Shown: positions 32,346 to 43,428, counted from the first letter of the stretch. The stretch is 64,000 nt of DNA from an uncultured Gemmatimonadaceae bacterium (GCA_963740355.1 CAVUDW010000003.1:480001-544000); one strand, 5' to 3'. A program made the numbers and translations. Notes: generated by a model not told the origin, from the sequence alone.

Positions 32346-33319
32346 TCAGTGTGCGGGGGTGCCGAGCGGCGCGGTGATACCGGCGGCGAGTACCGACGCG
32401 ATCTGGGCGCGCACCCATCCCTGATGGGTGAGTGGTAAATGATGCGTCGCACCATGCTGCACCCGAATGACACAATTCGGGTGCACGGCCTGCAACTCGA
32501 CCATGCGCTGCAGCGGCGCGCTGTCATCCGCATCGCCATGCAGGCAGAGGAACGGCGTCGTCGCCGGGATCCGGCGGACGGCGGCCGCGCGAGATCATAT
32601 CCGTAGATCACTTCCCAAATCGTGGACGTCGAGGACCGCCATGTCATTTGTGTGAGATCCTCGGCGACCTCGCGCGGCACACTGCTGATCAGGTAGGGGA
32701 ATGCCCAGCCGAGCAATCGCCGACTGAACAGGCACATCAACGCCATCGGCACGAGATGCGTCCAGATCCAGCCATTCGCGCCCTTGTCGCGGAAGAAGCG
32801 CTTCGCCTGCTCCGCGTCGCCGAAGAACGGAAGGCTGACCAGCACCAAACGCTCGATCTGCTCCGGATAGCGGGCGGCGTAGGCAATCGCGAGCCGCGCG
32901 CCGAGCGAATGTCCGACGAGGATGATGCGCCCGACGGGCGCGAGAACGCGGTGGAGTTCGCTGATGTGTCGCTCGACGTCATACGTCGTCCACGGCTTCG
33001 GTGACCGACCGAATCCGAGCAGGTCGATCAGCAGATGACGTCCGGGGAGCGATGGACCGGCGCCGGTCGTCAGGACGTACGTCCAGAAGCGCGTCGTCGC
33101 GCCGATGCCGGGCAGGAAGACGATGGTCGGCGTGCCGTCGCCGTCCACGGTCGTGAAGAGCGGACGACCGCCGTCCGTACCGCGATCCGCGTCCACGACC
33201 GCGAGCGCCGCCGACGCCGTCAGGAGTACCCCTATCCCGCCACCGACCCGACGAAGCATCGTCCGCCGCGACAGTCGCCCTTCTTCCGCCACGGCCGCCA
33301 GCGGCTCGGGCCCGGTCAT
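32346..33319 (-). pseudogene. Tat-signal alpha/beta hydrolase, frameshift near 32587
   Basis: SRRTML, DLLGFGRS, GHSLG; alternate frame gives LHGDADDSAP and ATHHLPL then stop at 32346. Confidence 0.8.
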
Positions 33320-33825
33320 TTCATGCGGGCCATCATGCCAGCGTGCAACGTGCCTAGCTGACGAACACGCGCCGTATGCGCAGGCATCATGCTGCGGAGC
33401 GACTCCCCGCTCTGGTCGGGCATCATCACCAGATCCTGCCGAACAGAGTCCACGAGCGCTGTCCAACCGGCATCCGCAGGCATGTGCATCTGGCGCATCT
33501 CGCCGTTCATCTGGGACAGCATGGTGGCGACCATCTGCCGATGACCCGGGATGAGTGTACGCATCGTCGCGGCGTCCGCGGAACCCATGCTGCGCAGTTG
33601 GCTGTCCATCTCCGGCGAGAGTCCGTTCATCATGCCGAGCATGCCCGGCGCCGAGTCCGGCTCACTCGTCGTCATGCCGCGCATGCCGTTCATCGGCCGT
33701 GCGTCCGCCGCTACCATCGGCGACTTATCCCCTGCGGCACGATCCGGCGATGTCTTCGAGCACGCCATCACAAGCAGCACAGATGACGCGACACGGCAGA
33801 TCCTGACAGCCCATCGATTCGGCAT
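33316..33825 (-). CDS. Met-rich lipoprotein (paralog 2)
   Basis: Lipobox VMAC; shares H..MV..MLSQM..M, W.AL.DS.R.DL, MMPAH with 22478-23005. Confidence 0.72.
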   Translation of the reverse strand: MPNRWAVRICRVASSVLLVMACSKTSPDRAAGDKSPMVAADARPMNGMRGMTTSEPDSAPGMLGMMNGLSPEMDSQLRSMGSADAATMRTLIPGHRQMVATMLSQMNGEMRQMHMPADAGWTALVDSVRQDLVMMPDQSGESLRSMMPAHTARVRQLGTLHAGMMARMK

Positions 33826-33848
33826 TCGATCTCCAGTGGAGTGTGGTG

Positions 33849-36800
33849 TCACTTCGCTCGCTCAGTGGCAGACGTCACGGCCGTCACGTGCGCCCGCCCA
33901 ACCGCGCGTTCTCGCCAGATCGAGTAAATCGCGGGAATGACCAGCAGCGTCAGTACCGTACTCGTCACCATGCCGCCGACCATCGGCGCGGCAATCCGTT
34001 TCATCACGTCGGCGCCCGTTCCGCTGCTCCACAAAATCGGCACCAGCCCGGCGGTGATCGCAGTGACCGTCATCATCTTGGGCCGGACCCGCTCCACGGC
34101 TCCGTGCGTTACGGCCGCGTCGACGTCTGCCCTGCTCTGCATGGCACCGGCGGCGACACGGTCACGATATGCATGGTCAAGGTATACCAGCATGATGACG
34201 CCGGTCTCCGCAGCGACCCCGGCCAGTGCGATAAATCCGACCGCGACTGCCGTGCTCAGGTTGTAGTGCAGCAGCCACATCAGCCACACGCCACCGACCA
34301 GCGCAAACGGCAGCGACAGCATCACGATGCCCACCTCGACCGCATTCCGGAAATTCAGATACAGCAGGCCAAACACGATGAGCAGCGTGACGGGCACGAT
34401 CAGCGCCAGCCGCCGCGACGCCCGTTCCAGTGACTCGAACTGACCGGACCACTCAAGCCGGTAGCCCGCTGGAATCGCGAGTCCCGACGCGACGCGCAGC
34501 TTCGCTGCATCGACGTAACTGCCAATGTCCCGTCCGCGCACATCGACGTAGACGATGCCCGTGAGTGCTGCGTTCTCGGACTTGATCAGCGTGGGCCCGG
34601 GCACGATGCGGATCGACGCCAGTTCGCCGAGCGCCACCTGCGCACCCGTCGGCGCCATGACGAGCACGTCGCGCAACCGCTGCGGATCATTCCGGAAGGC
34701 ACTCGCGTACCGCACGCGAACCGCATAGCGATCACGCCCGCGAAGGACCTCGCCGGCATCGCTCCCACCGACCGCAGTCGCCATTGCGTCCTGCACCGCA
34801 TCGACGGTCAGGCCGTATCGCGCGGCGGCGTCACGGTTCACTGTGACGTCGAGATACCGCCCGCCCACGGCGCGCTCCGCGAACACGCTCCCGGTTCCTT
34901 CGATGTTGGTGAGCAATCCCTCCAGATCACGGCCGATGCGATCCAGCGTGTCGAGGCTCGGCCCGAAAATCTTGATGCCGACGGCGGTCTTGATGCCGGT
35001 CGCGAGCATGTCGAGGCGATTCCGGATCGGCATCGACCACATGTTCGCGACGCCAGGCGTCACGACGCGCGCATTTGCCTCACGCACGATGGAGTCGTAC
35101 GTGACACCGGGCCGCCAGTCGCGTTCGTCCTTTAGCACCGCAATGGTCTCGATCATCGACATCGGCGCCATGTCCGTCGCCGTCTCGGCCCGGCCGATCT
35201 TGCCGAGCACCGTCGACACTTCGGGGATCGAGGCCAGCGCCTGGTCACGCTGGCGCAACACGGCTTTGGCCTGTTCGCTTCCGATGCCCGGAAACAACGA
35301 TGGCATATCCATCATGGCCCCCTCATGCAGCGCCGGCATGAACTCCCGGCCGAGCTGCATCCACGGCAGCAACGAAATGGCGAGCACGGCGGCAGCGAGT
35401 GCCACGGTCGTCCAGCGAAATCGCAACACGAGCGCGATCACCGGTCGATACGCCCGTACGAGAATGCGATTCACCGGATTCGCGGCTTCCGGCCGCACAC
35501 CCTTGCGGATGAAGGTGCCCATCATCACCGGCACCAGCGTGACCGACAGGAGCGCCGCCGCGGCCATGGCCAGCGTCTTCGTCCACGCCAGCGGCTTGAA
35601 TAGCCGCCCTTCCTGATCCTCTAGTGCGAACACGGGCAGAAATGACGCCGTAATGATCAGCAGCGAGACGAACAACGCCGGCCCAACCTCCTGTGCCGCC
35701 TGTACCACGAGCGACCAATGCGGCTGCCCCGCACTGCCCCCCGCTCGCTCGGCGACGTCACGTTCGATGTGCTTGTGCAGGTTCTCCACCATCACGATGG
35801 CGGCGTCGATCATCGCACCAATGGCAATCGCGATTCCACCGAGCGACATGATGTTGGCGGACAGGCCAAGACCGCGCATCGCGAGGAAGGCGATGCAGAG
35901 GCCGACCGGCAGCGTGATGATCGCGACCAGCGCACTCGATACATGGAGCAGGAAGACGAGCGCAACGACTGCGACGATGATCGATTCTTCGAGCAGCTTT
36001 GACCGCAGCGTGGCAATCGCGCGCTCGATGAGCGACGACCGGTCGTACCCGGTGGCAAACGTTACGCCCACCGGCAGTGCGCTTCGTAGCGCCGACATCC
36101 GCGCGGTGACGCCACGGATCACGTCGCGCGGATTGGCGCCGTAGCGCATCACCACCCAACCCGTCACGACCTCGCCCTTGCCGTTCAAATCCGTGATACC
36201 GCGACGCAGTGCGGGACCATCGTTCACCGTCGCCACGTCGCCCAACTCGACCGGCACGCCGCTGGATTGCATGAGCGCGACGTGGCGCAGCTGCTCGAGC
36301 GACTGGAAACGGCCACGACCTCGCACGGTGTACTCCGTGCCGCCCATCTCGAGCACGCGACCGCCGACATCCTGATTCGACGCGCGGACGGCGTCGGCCA
36401 CGGACGACATCGAGAGCCCGTATGCCAGCAGCTTGTCGGGATCGACCTGCACGTGATACTCGCGCTCGAATCCACCGAGCGAGGCGATCTCCGCGACACC
36501 CGGCACCGACGTCAGTGCCGGCTTGACGACGAAGTCTTGCAGCGCGCGCAATTCACCCGCGTTTCGCGCGCCAGTCGTATCCGTCACGATGTATTGCATG
36601 ACCCAACCGACGCCGGTGGCGTCAGGTCCCAGCGTCGGTCGCGCGGCATCCGGGAGCCGATTGCGGACGCCGTTCAGGTATTCGAGCACGCGGCTCCGTG
36701 CCCAGTACAGATCCGTACCGTCCTCGAAGACGACATAGACCGCCGAGAGTCCGAACTGACTCATTCCACGTACGACCTTCGTGTGCGGCACCTTCAGCAG

Positions 36801-37016
36801 TTCTGTTTCGAGCGGGTATGTGATCTGATCTTCGACGAGCTGCGGTGCCTGTCCCGGCCACTCGGTCATGACGATGACCTGCACATCCGACAGGTCGGGA
36901 ATCGCATCGACTGGCGTGCGGAGCACCGCGACGGCCCCGGCGACGGTCAGGACGAGCGTGATGAGGACCACGGTGAATCGATGCGTCACCGACCACGCGA
37001 TGAGACGTGCGAGCAT
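33849..37016 (-). CDS. cusA: CusA/SilA heavy-metal RND efflux pump
   Basis: DAIPDLSDVQVI, GPDATGVGW, AIGAMIDAAIVMVEN, RLDMLATGIK, ERVRPKMMT. Confidence 0.95.
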   Translation of the reverse strand: MLARLIAWSVTHRFTVVLITLVLTVAGAVAVLRTPVDAIPDLSDVQVIVMTEWPGQAPQLVEDQITYPLETELLKVPHTKVVRGMSQFGLSAVYVVFEDGTDLYWARSRVLEYLNGVRNRLPDAARPTLGPDATGVGWVMQYIVTDTTGARNAGELRALQDFVVKPALTSVPGVAEIASLGGFEREYHVQVDPDKLLAYGLSMSSVADAVRASNQDVGGRVLEMGGTEYTVRGRGRFQSLEQLRHVALMQSSGVPVELGDVATVNDGPALRRGITDLNGKGEVVTGWVVMRYGANPRDVIRGVTARMSALRSALPVGVTFATGYDRSSLIERAIATLRSKLLEESIIVAVVALVFLLHVSSALVAIITLPVGLCIAFLAMRGLGLSANIMSLGGIAIAIGAMIDAAIVMVENLHKHIERDVAERAGGSAGQPHWSLVVQAAQEVGPALFVSLLIITASFLPVFALEDQEGRLFKPLAWTKTLAMAAAALLSVTLVPVMMGTFIRKGVRPEAANPVNRILVRAYRPVIALVLRFRWTTVALAAAVLAISLLPWMQLGREFMPALHEGAMMDMPSLFPGIGSEQAKAVLRQRDQALASIPEVSTVLGKIGRAETATDMAPMSMIETIAVLKDERDWRPGVTYDSIVREANARVVTPGVANMWSMPIRNRLDMLATGIKTAVGIKIFGPSLDTLDRIGRDLEGLLTNIEGTGSVFAERAVGGRYLDVTVNRDAAARYGLTVDAVQDAMATAVGGSDAGEVLRGRDRYAVRVRYASAFRNDPQRLRDVLVMAPTGAQVALGELASIRIVPGPTLIKSENAALTGIVYVDVRGRDIGSYVDAAKLRVASGLAIPAGYRLEWSGQFESLERASRRLALIVPVTLLIVFGLLYLNFRNAVEVGIVMLSLPFALVGGVWLMWLLHYNLSTAVAVGFIALAGVAAETGVIMLVYLDHAYRDRVAAGAMQSRADVDAAVTHGAVERVRPKMMTVTAITAGLVPILWSSGTGADVMKRIAAPMVGGMVTSTVLTLLVIPAIYSIWRERAVGRAHVTAVTSATERAK

Positions 37017-37018
37017 GG

Positions 37019-38299
37019 TCAGCGCCTCGCCGGCGCAGGTGTCGTCACCCGTGCCGCAGAGGCGCCGCCCATGTCCATGCCCTTCATGTCAGTATCGACG
37101 GTCATCGCCGCGCTGCCCATACCGAGCATGCTGCGCATGACGTCGGCCAGATTCGATTCGGACTCCAGCAGATATTGCGCCGATGTCACGACACGCTGGC
37201 CGCCATTGAGCCCGGCCAGCACTTCGACGAAATCCGACGTCGTCGCGCCCAGCTCGACCTCGTGCGGCATCAGCCGACCGCCGCCCATGTCCACGAACAC
37301 CACCGACCGTTCGCCGGTCTCGATCACCGCGGCGCGCGGCACGGTGAGCACGCGGCGACCAGGCGACGCCATGGCCACCGTGGCGAACATGCCTGGCTTG
37401 AGGACCCCATCATCGTTGCGCACCAGGACGCGCGCGCTGAGTGTCCGTGACTGATCACCGACGGTCGGATAGATGTACGACACACGACCGGTGAAGGTGC
37501 GACCCGGCACGCCGCTGACGGTGTACGTCGCGAGCATGCCGTCGCGCACACCTCCGCTGCTGCCAGCAGGGATGCGCACGTCGATCCACAGCTTCGACAG
37601 GTCCGAAATCATGAACAGCAGCATGCCAGCCTGCACGGCCTGCCCCTGGCTCACCAGCCGTTGCGTGAGGACGCCCGAGATCGGCGCGACGAGTGTGGTC
37701 GTCCGCTGCACGCTCTGGGTTCGCAGCACCTCGTCGATCTGCACGTCGCTCACATCGAGGAGACGCAATCGTCGGCGTGCAGCGCTCAGCAGCGTGACAG
37801 ATCGCGTCGTGTCACGGTCGCTGGCGCGCTCCGCCGAGGTCGAGAGTCTGGACGCGACCAGCAGTTCTTCTTCAGCGACGAGGATTTCCGGTGCGTAGAT
37901 CGCCGCCAACGGTGCGCCGCGCGTGATGCGCTGCCCGGTCACTCTGGCGTCAAGGCGCTCGATGAAACCGCCGACCTTCGTCGTGACCGCGACGACACCG
38001 GATTCGTCGGCGGCGACTGTCCCGACGGTGCGCAGCGTGCCTTGCAGCTCGCGCACTGCCGCCGTGTCGAACGTGACGCCGAATTGCTTGATCGCTGACG
38101 CCGAGATCAGCGCCGACCCATCACTGCTCATCTGCATGCCCGGCATCCCGGGCATCGCTGTGCTGGCACCGTATCCACCAGCGGTGTCCGCCGTGCGGCC
38201 AGACGCAGCAAGCCCCGTATCCTTCCCTGAGCACCCTGCGAGCACCACCGCAAGCGCGAGTGTTGCGCGGAACTTCACGTGCGGAATGGACGCGTTCAT
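37019..38299 (-). CDS. cusB: CusB-like periplasmic adaptor
   Basis: Lipobox LAGC; GFIERL, APISG, YIYPT, LKPGMF, VVTSAQYLL.SES. Confidence 0.9.
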   Translation of the reverse strand: MNASIPHVKFRATLALAVVLAGCSGKDTGLAASGRTADTAGGYGASTAMPGMPGMQMSSDGSALISASAIKQFGVTFDTAAVRELQGTLRTVGTVAADESGVVAVTTKVGGFIERLDARVTGQRITRGAPLAAIYAPEILVAEEELLVASRLSTSAERASDRDTTRSVTLLSAARRRLRLLDVSDVQIDEVLRTQSVQRTTTLVAPISGVLTQRLVSQGQAVQAGMLLFMISDLSKLWIDVRIPAGSSGGVRDGMLATYTVSGVPGRTFTGRVSYIYPTVGDQSRTLSARVLVRNDDGVLKPGMFATVAMASPGRRVLTVPRAAVIETGERSVVFVDMGGGRLMPHEVELGATTSDFVEVLAGLNGGQRVVTSAQYLLESESNLADVMRSMLGMGSAAMTVDTDMKGMDMGGASAARVTTPAPARR

Positions 38300-39720
38300 G
38301 GCAGTACCTCCGATCCCACGATGAGTTCGAGCGCCGAAACACTCTTCGCGAAGTCCGACAACGTCCGGGCGAGTGTCACGCGGTCGCCACGCTCCGCCGC
38401 CTCAGCGCTGAGCACCTGCGTGAGCGAACCCGCATTGCCTCGGTAGCTTGCTAGTGCGGCGTCGACGGCTGCGCGACGCGCGGGAAGCACCGACCTTGAA
38501 TACAAGGCGATCTGCGCCCGTGCGCGCTCGGCGGTCGCATGCAAGCGTGCAATCGATGCGTAGACGTCGTTGCGCTGCGCATCGTGCTCGGCCTCTGACG
38601 CGAGAACGTCCGCGTGTGCCGCCGCGATCACCGCACCCTGCTTCGTTCGTTGCTGCAGCCGCAGTGGAATCGCCAGCTGCAGCGTGACCATGTCGGGCAG
38701 GTTGTTTCGTTGACCGTACTGCAGCACCACGTCGACGTCCGGTCGCGCTTCGATGCGCGCGAGTGTCACGCGCTCCTGCTGCGCATCGATCTCACGCTGG
38801 TGACTGATCAGCATCGGACCGGACTGCATGGCGCGCATCTGCAGCTCATCAAGGGGCAGGAGCGGCGACGACGACGAATCAGTGTTCTCACGCTCCGCGG
38901 CACGGCGGATGCGCGCAGAAACAGTGACTGGCAGTACCGGCGTGTCACTGGCACGATCCAGCAGCGCGTTCAGTGCGGCCACGGTTGCGCTGCGTTCGCT
39001 GAGCACGCCGGCCTCATCGTCACGCAACTTCATCGCATCCACACGCGCGGTCAGCACATCAGCCTGCGAGCCGACCCCCGCGTCGTACCGGGCCAATGCG
39101 ACGGCCGCCACCTCGTCCAACGTCGCGCGTTGCTGCCGTGTCAGCGCCAGCGCCGCGTCGAGGTAGGCCAGGTCATACCACGTCGCCTTGATCGCCGACA
39201 CGAGCTCCGCGCGCACGGTGCGATCCTGCGCGATCACGGCGTCCGCCTCTCGAACGGCGACATCGCGCCGTACGCGCAGCTTGCCAGGAAAGAGCACGGT
39301 CTGCGACACACCGATCATCTTCATCGTCATCCCGTCCGTGAATCCCGGAGCGAGGAGCGGGAAGTTCTGCAGGCCCGCCATCAGCATCGGATCGGGCCGA
39401 GCCCCGGCAGGGCCGATCCTCGCGCGCGCGGCGGTGGTGCGTGCCGTCGCGGCGCGCACACGAGGACTCGCCGCCATCGCACGCGCGACGAGTGCCAGAA
39501 GCGCGGGATCGTCGTCGCGGCGCGCGGCGGCAGACTGCGCCGGGAGGTATACCGGTACCAACAGCAGCAGTGCAGCTGTGCAAACATGCGAGCGCCGGGC
39601 ACCCCAACGCAGCAAAAGGAATCGTTCGATTGTCACGTGACACGCCGAATCTTGGCGTACGGCAATCGCACCCACGGAAGCGGGGTGGTTGACGTACGAC
39701 ACCAGCGGCGCGACCGTCAT
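38296..39720 (-). CDS. TolC-family outer membrane factor (CusC-like); start uncertain
   Basis: PDP.L, Q...FPGK, ARY..G...Q.DVL repeats; ATGA overlap with cusB. Confidence 0.85.
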   Translation of the reverse strand: MTVAPLVSYVNHPASVGAIAVRQDSACHVTIERFLLLRWGARRSHVCTAALLLLVPVYLPAQSAAARRDDDPALLALVARAMAASPRVRAATARTTAARARIGPAGARPDPMLMAGLQNFPLLAPGFTDGMTMKMIGVSQTVLFPGKLRVRRDVAVREADAVIAQDRTVRAELVSAIKATWYDLAYLDAALALTRQQRATLDEVAAVALARYDAGVGSQADVLTARVDAMKLRDDEAGVLSERSATVAALNALLDRASDTPVLPVTVSARIRRAAERENTDSSSSPLLPLDELQMRAMQSGPMLISHQREIDAQQERVTLARIEARPDVDVVLQYGQRNNLPDMVTLQLAIPLRLQQRTKQGAVIAAAHADVLASEAEHDAQRNDVYASIARLHATAERARAQIALYSRSVLPARRAAVDAALASYRGNAGSLTQVLSAEAAERGDRVTLARTLSDFAKSVSALELIVGSEVLP

Positions 39721-39783
39721 GATCGCGCGCGTCAGGTCAGCAGGCGTCTCGGTGCGCTACACGGCGACGAGACGCTGCGGCGC

Positions 39784-40161
39784 TCAGGCTCTCGGTGGCG
39801 GGAGTTCGGGGGCCACGACGTACGACATCGGCGTCCGCTCGCTGATGCCTTGGACGTCGGACACTGCGCGAGCTGCGCCGACCGCCAAGGTCATCGACGT
39901 CGGCGCGTCGAGCGCAAACGCGCAGATGATCATCGACGCGCAATGCTGATCAGCTGGCGCGGGCGTGCGCGAGCCCTGCTTCGCTGGCGGGCAGTGGTCG
40001 TCGGCACCGGCAGTTGCCGGCATGCCGGGCATTGCGCCCACCTCGGCCGAACCAACAGCCCGTGCCGCTGCGGCCACGCACGCCGCTCCCCCGCTGACCA
40101 GCGAGAGCTGGAGCGCGAAAAAGCTGAAGAGGATCGTCAGGGCGCGGCTGGCGCTTCGCAT
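39784..40161 (-). CDS. Exported Cys/His leader protein ending PELPPPRA (DUF2946-like)
   Basis: N-terminal hydrophobic segment, HC and HCASMIIC, Pro-rich C-terminus; first gene of the cus operon. Confidence 0.65.
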   Translation of the reverse strand: MRSASRALTILFSFFALQLSLVSGGAACVAAAARAVGSAEVGAMPGMPATAGADDHCPPAKQGSRTPAPADQHCASMIICAFALDAPTSMTLAVGAARAVSDVQGISERTPMSYVVAPELPPPRA

Positions 40162-40549
40162 GAAAGGAAAGGTACATGTGCCGTGACGGCCTCCGGCACC
40201 CGAGGACACGACGCCGAACACTCCGACCCGGCCCGCTGTCCGGCTCTGTCGACCCCCATGAATGGAGGGAACCCGGGGTCCTGCCGATGAATCGCGCTCG
40301 GGCCGTCCGGTGATTCGCACGGGCGCCCGCGGCGAATGCGCGGACAAACCGGGATTCCGCGGCCGTCACCCGGGACGCAAGGCAGCACCGCGTGCGCCGT
40401 CCTCGGCAGCCGCTTCAGTGTCAGCGGCGTCCGTCACCGAAGCATCGCGGCCGCCGAGCCCCCCAGGAACACAGCGGACACTCGCGCATCGCTGCCACGC
40501 AGCGTTGCGGACGCCACCATCGGCGCCGCTCCTGTTGAAATGGAGCCGC

Positions 40550-41164
40550 ATGTCCACCCCCCCGCCTTCCCTCGGTGCGCTGCTCGCGGCCGTCACCGCC
40601 GCGTGCACTCCCGCCGACCGCGACGCCGCCGTTAGCGCCCTCTTCGTCGCGGCGCGGCCGGTCCTGATCCCGGTCTGCGACGCCGTGCTGCAGCGCGCTC
40701 CCGGCGCGCATTGGCACTCGGCCGAGGATCTTGCCCAGGATGTCTTGGTCGACACCCTCCCCGCCCTGCAGCGCGGGGCGTGCCCGACGACGACCAACAA
40801 TGGCCTCGTGCGCTTTCTGCGCACGGTGGCCACGCGTCGCCTCATCTCGGCCGCACGGCCGCAGACGGGTGTGACGCCATTCGACCTCGCGGAGGTCGTG
40901 CTGGCGCTGCACGCCGCCAATGCGGTGGGGGATGATGCCGATGATCCCGACGCGCAGCGGCGCGCCGAAATCCGCCAGCTCTACAACGTCGTACTCGGCG
41001 AAGTACCAGAGGCGTTCGCGACCACGTGGCGCGTCGTCGTCGAACAGGAACTGCCGAAGACCGCTGCCGCCGCCGCACTCGGGATCGACCGCGGCACGGT
41101 GCACCGCCACGTCACGGCGGTCCGTACGCATCTCGCGTCTCGGCTCAGCGCCTTCGCGCCGTGA
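40550..41164 (+). CDS. Divergent ECF-type sigma-70 factor
   Basis: Region 2 SAEDLAQDV...FLRTVATRRLI; region 4 HTH AAAALGIDRGTVHRHV. Confidence 0.7.
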   Translation: MSTPPPSLGALLAAVTAACTPADRDAAVSALFVAARPVLIPVCDAVLQRAPGAHWHSAEDLAQDVLVDTLPALQRGACPTTTNNGLVRFLRTVATRRLISAARPQTGVTPFDLAEVVLALHAANAVGDDADDPDAQRRAEIRQLYNVVLGEVPEAFATTWRVVVEQELPKTAAAAALGIDRGTVHRHVTAVRTHLASRLSAFAP

Positions 41165-41266
41165 TGGAGCACGTCAGGCGGGCACGCGGACCACCGCGAC
41201 CGCAACACCGGTGCGATAGGAAGGTGAAGCCACTCCGGCTCACGCCACCACTCGCACCCCACGGAC

Positions 41267-42310
41267 ATGCCCCACGCCGAACCCTCGGACGACGCCGACG
41301 CAGGCGACGAACCGTCGCCACCGTCCGCACTTCCCGCGCACGCGACACCGCTGGTGGACCCAGATGACGATCCGCGCGCCACGCTGGCGCGCATCCTTCA
41401 GCACTTGGTCGTCGCCTTCGGCGCCGACGCAGGTCCACAGGTAGATGGCATGCTCGCGCAGCTGGCGCTGTCGCTGACACGCTATGTCCACGCGCCCTAT
41501 CCGATGCGCGCCACGATCATCGGACCGACCGGCGCCGGTAAGACCCGCCTGTTGAATCTTCTCGCGTCCATCGTGCGCGTTCCCGCAGTCGTCATCCCGA
41601 TCACCGACATCAGCGAAACCGGATGGAGGGGAGCCCAGATTGGCGAGGTGTGCCGAGTGCTGCACCCGTCACTCTTCGTGCACGACCCCTTCACGCACCG
41701 AGTGCAGGTGCCACTTCGTACAGTGGCACTCCCGTCCATCGTGATGCTCGACGAGATCGATAAGGTCGCACTCGTTCACGATGCCGTACGCCTCGAGGGA
41801 TCAGCTGCCGCTGCACGCATCGGCAAGATGCATTCGCTCATGCCCTTGCTCGATCCCGAGAGTGAGATGGTCGTGCAGTACGACGACGCGCGGGCACCGT
41901 TTCGGTTCACCCTGAGGAACAGCATCGTCCTGTGCGCGGGTGCCTTCAGCATGGCACCAGCACATCGTCCGCTCACGCCGACAGATCTGGTCGACGTTGG
42001 GCTGACCAGGGAGCTGGTCGACAGGATGGGACCTGTGTGGATGCTTCCGACGCCGGGGCACACGCTGCGAGCCACCATCGCGCGCGAGGCGCTCCGCGAC
42101 GTCGAAGCGTTCGCGCTGCGCCTCGGCGTCACGGTTACGGGCATCGAAACGTTCGTCGCGGCGCAGCCAGCCCCCGACAACAGTCGCGACTACATCGGAC
42201 TGCGCGGACTACTGCACTTCGTCACGCAGCGTGTGCTGGCGGCCGTCGCCGACGCGCTCACGCAGCAGCGCACGCACATCGATCTGATGGCACTGCGAGG
42301 TGACGACTGA
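41267..42310 (+). CDS. ClpX/HslU-like AAA+ ATPase
   Basis: GPTGAGKT, SETGWRG pore loop, MLDEIDK, LCAGAF, RELVDRM, GLRGL. Confidence 0.8.
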   Translation: MPHAEPSDDADAGDEPSPPSALPAHATPLVDPDDDPRATLARILQHLVVAFGADAGPQVDGMLAQLALSLTRYVHAPYPMRATIIGPTGAGKTRLLNLLASIVRVPAVVIPITDISETGWRGAQIGEVCRVLHPSLFVHDPFTHRVQVPLRTVALPSIVMLDEIDKVALVHDAVRLEGSAAAARIGKMHSLMPLLDPESEMVVQYDDARAPFRFTLRNSIVLCAGAFSMAPAHRPLTPTDLVDVGLTRELVDRMGPVWMLPTPGHTLRATIAREALRDVEAFALRLGVTVTGIETFVAAQPAPDNSRDYIGLRGLLHFVTQRVLAAVADALTQQRTHIDLMALRGDD

Positions 42311-42510
42311 TGCCCACCACAGCGCTCGAGCGTCTCGTGGATCGTCCGTATGAACGTGCACCGTGGTTGCCGCGCGCGCCGTGGTGCGCCGCCGTCGTGA
42401 AACGGACGGGCGCACCGCACCCCCGCCGCAGCCGCGACACGCTGCGGCATCCGTCGACAACTCGACGGTCGTGAAGACACCGCACCGGCGCATGCCGAAG
42501 GAGCACACGC

Positions 42511-42897
42511 ATGACCCTCATCCCGATCACATCGTCGAAGCCGCTCACATCACTGCTCGCCATGCAGCACGACGCACTGTCGCTGGATGCTTACGTCGGA
42601 ATCCCGGCAATGACGTCGTTCCTCCAGTGCTGGCGCACGCACGTTGCGCGCACCGTCTCCTTTCTCCATCGAGGGTTGCGCTGTCCGCGACTCACGTGTG
42701 AGGAATTCACGGAGGAGGCGCTTGTCATGGTCGCCGCACAGCTCCATGACTGCACGGCGCGTTCTGACTCCGCGCTGCACGCATGGGTGTCGGTTCGCAC
42801 AACGCAAGCGGTGCTGGAGTTGCAGTTCGATGCTCGGAGACACGCACCTGCCGAAAAGCGCGCACACTGTGATGGCGGCACAGGCTGGGCCGCGTGA
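42511..42897 (+). CDS. Hypothetical protein, sigma region-2-like only
   Basis: AAGGAG RBS; EEFTEEAL..V...L..C...LHAWV resembles sigma region 2. Confidence 0.5.
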   Translation: MTLIPITSSKPLTSLLAMQHDALSLDAYVGIPAMTSFLQCWRTHVARTVSFLHRGLRCPRLTCEEFTEEALVMVAAQLHDCTARSDSALHAWVSVRTTQAVLELQFDARRHAPAEKRAHCDGGTGWAA

Positions 42898-42925
42898 TGC
42901 AGACCACGGTGTGCGTGAGGCATCG

Positions 42926-43396
42926 ATGACGCACCGACGGGGAACACATCCGGCCATGCCTGCGGCCGCGTCCGTGCGGCCTGTACCACGGACGTCGGCG
43001 CGCAAGCGCGAAGCGTCGGAGCTCGAAGCGAAGCTGCTCGACGCCTTCAAGGTGCCGCCACCGCACTTCGTGGAGCAGACACCGGTGGTCCCGCTGGGTC
43101 ATGTGCCGGACGAGGCGCCACGAGTGACGGCGCTGCCGACGCGGCGTGCATGCCTGACCGTGACGCATCAGGACGCGGCGCTGCTCGTCGTGGCCCTGGG
43201 TGCAACGCTGCGGAACGGTGCTGGTGCCAATACCACGCTGAGCGCAGAGGAGGTGACCCGCGTACGACGCGTCGCTGCACTGCTCCACCGAATCCTGCCT
43301 TCGGCGGCACGCGATGCCATCCGGCAGCGTGCGGCGCGTATGTCGCCCGACTCGCACGCGCGAGCGCCGAGTGTCGCGGGTAGTGGCGCCCGCTGA
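42926..43396 (+). CDS. Hypothetical protein
   Basis: GAGG RBS, co-oriented within cluster. Confidence 0.45.
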   Translation: MTHRRGTHPAMPAAASVRPVPRTSARKREASELEAKLLDAFKVPPPHFVEQTPVVPLGHVPDEAPRVTALPTRRACLTVTHQDAALLVVALGATLRNGAGANTTLSAEEVTRVRRVAALLHRILPSAARDAIRQRAARMSPDSHARAPSVAGSGAR

Positions 43397-43428
43397 CGAC
43401 GACGGCACCAGCGAGGACAAAGATCGCA

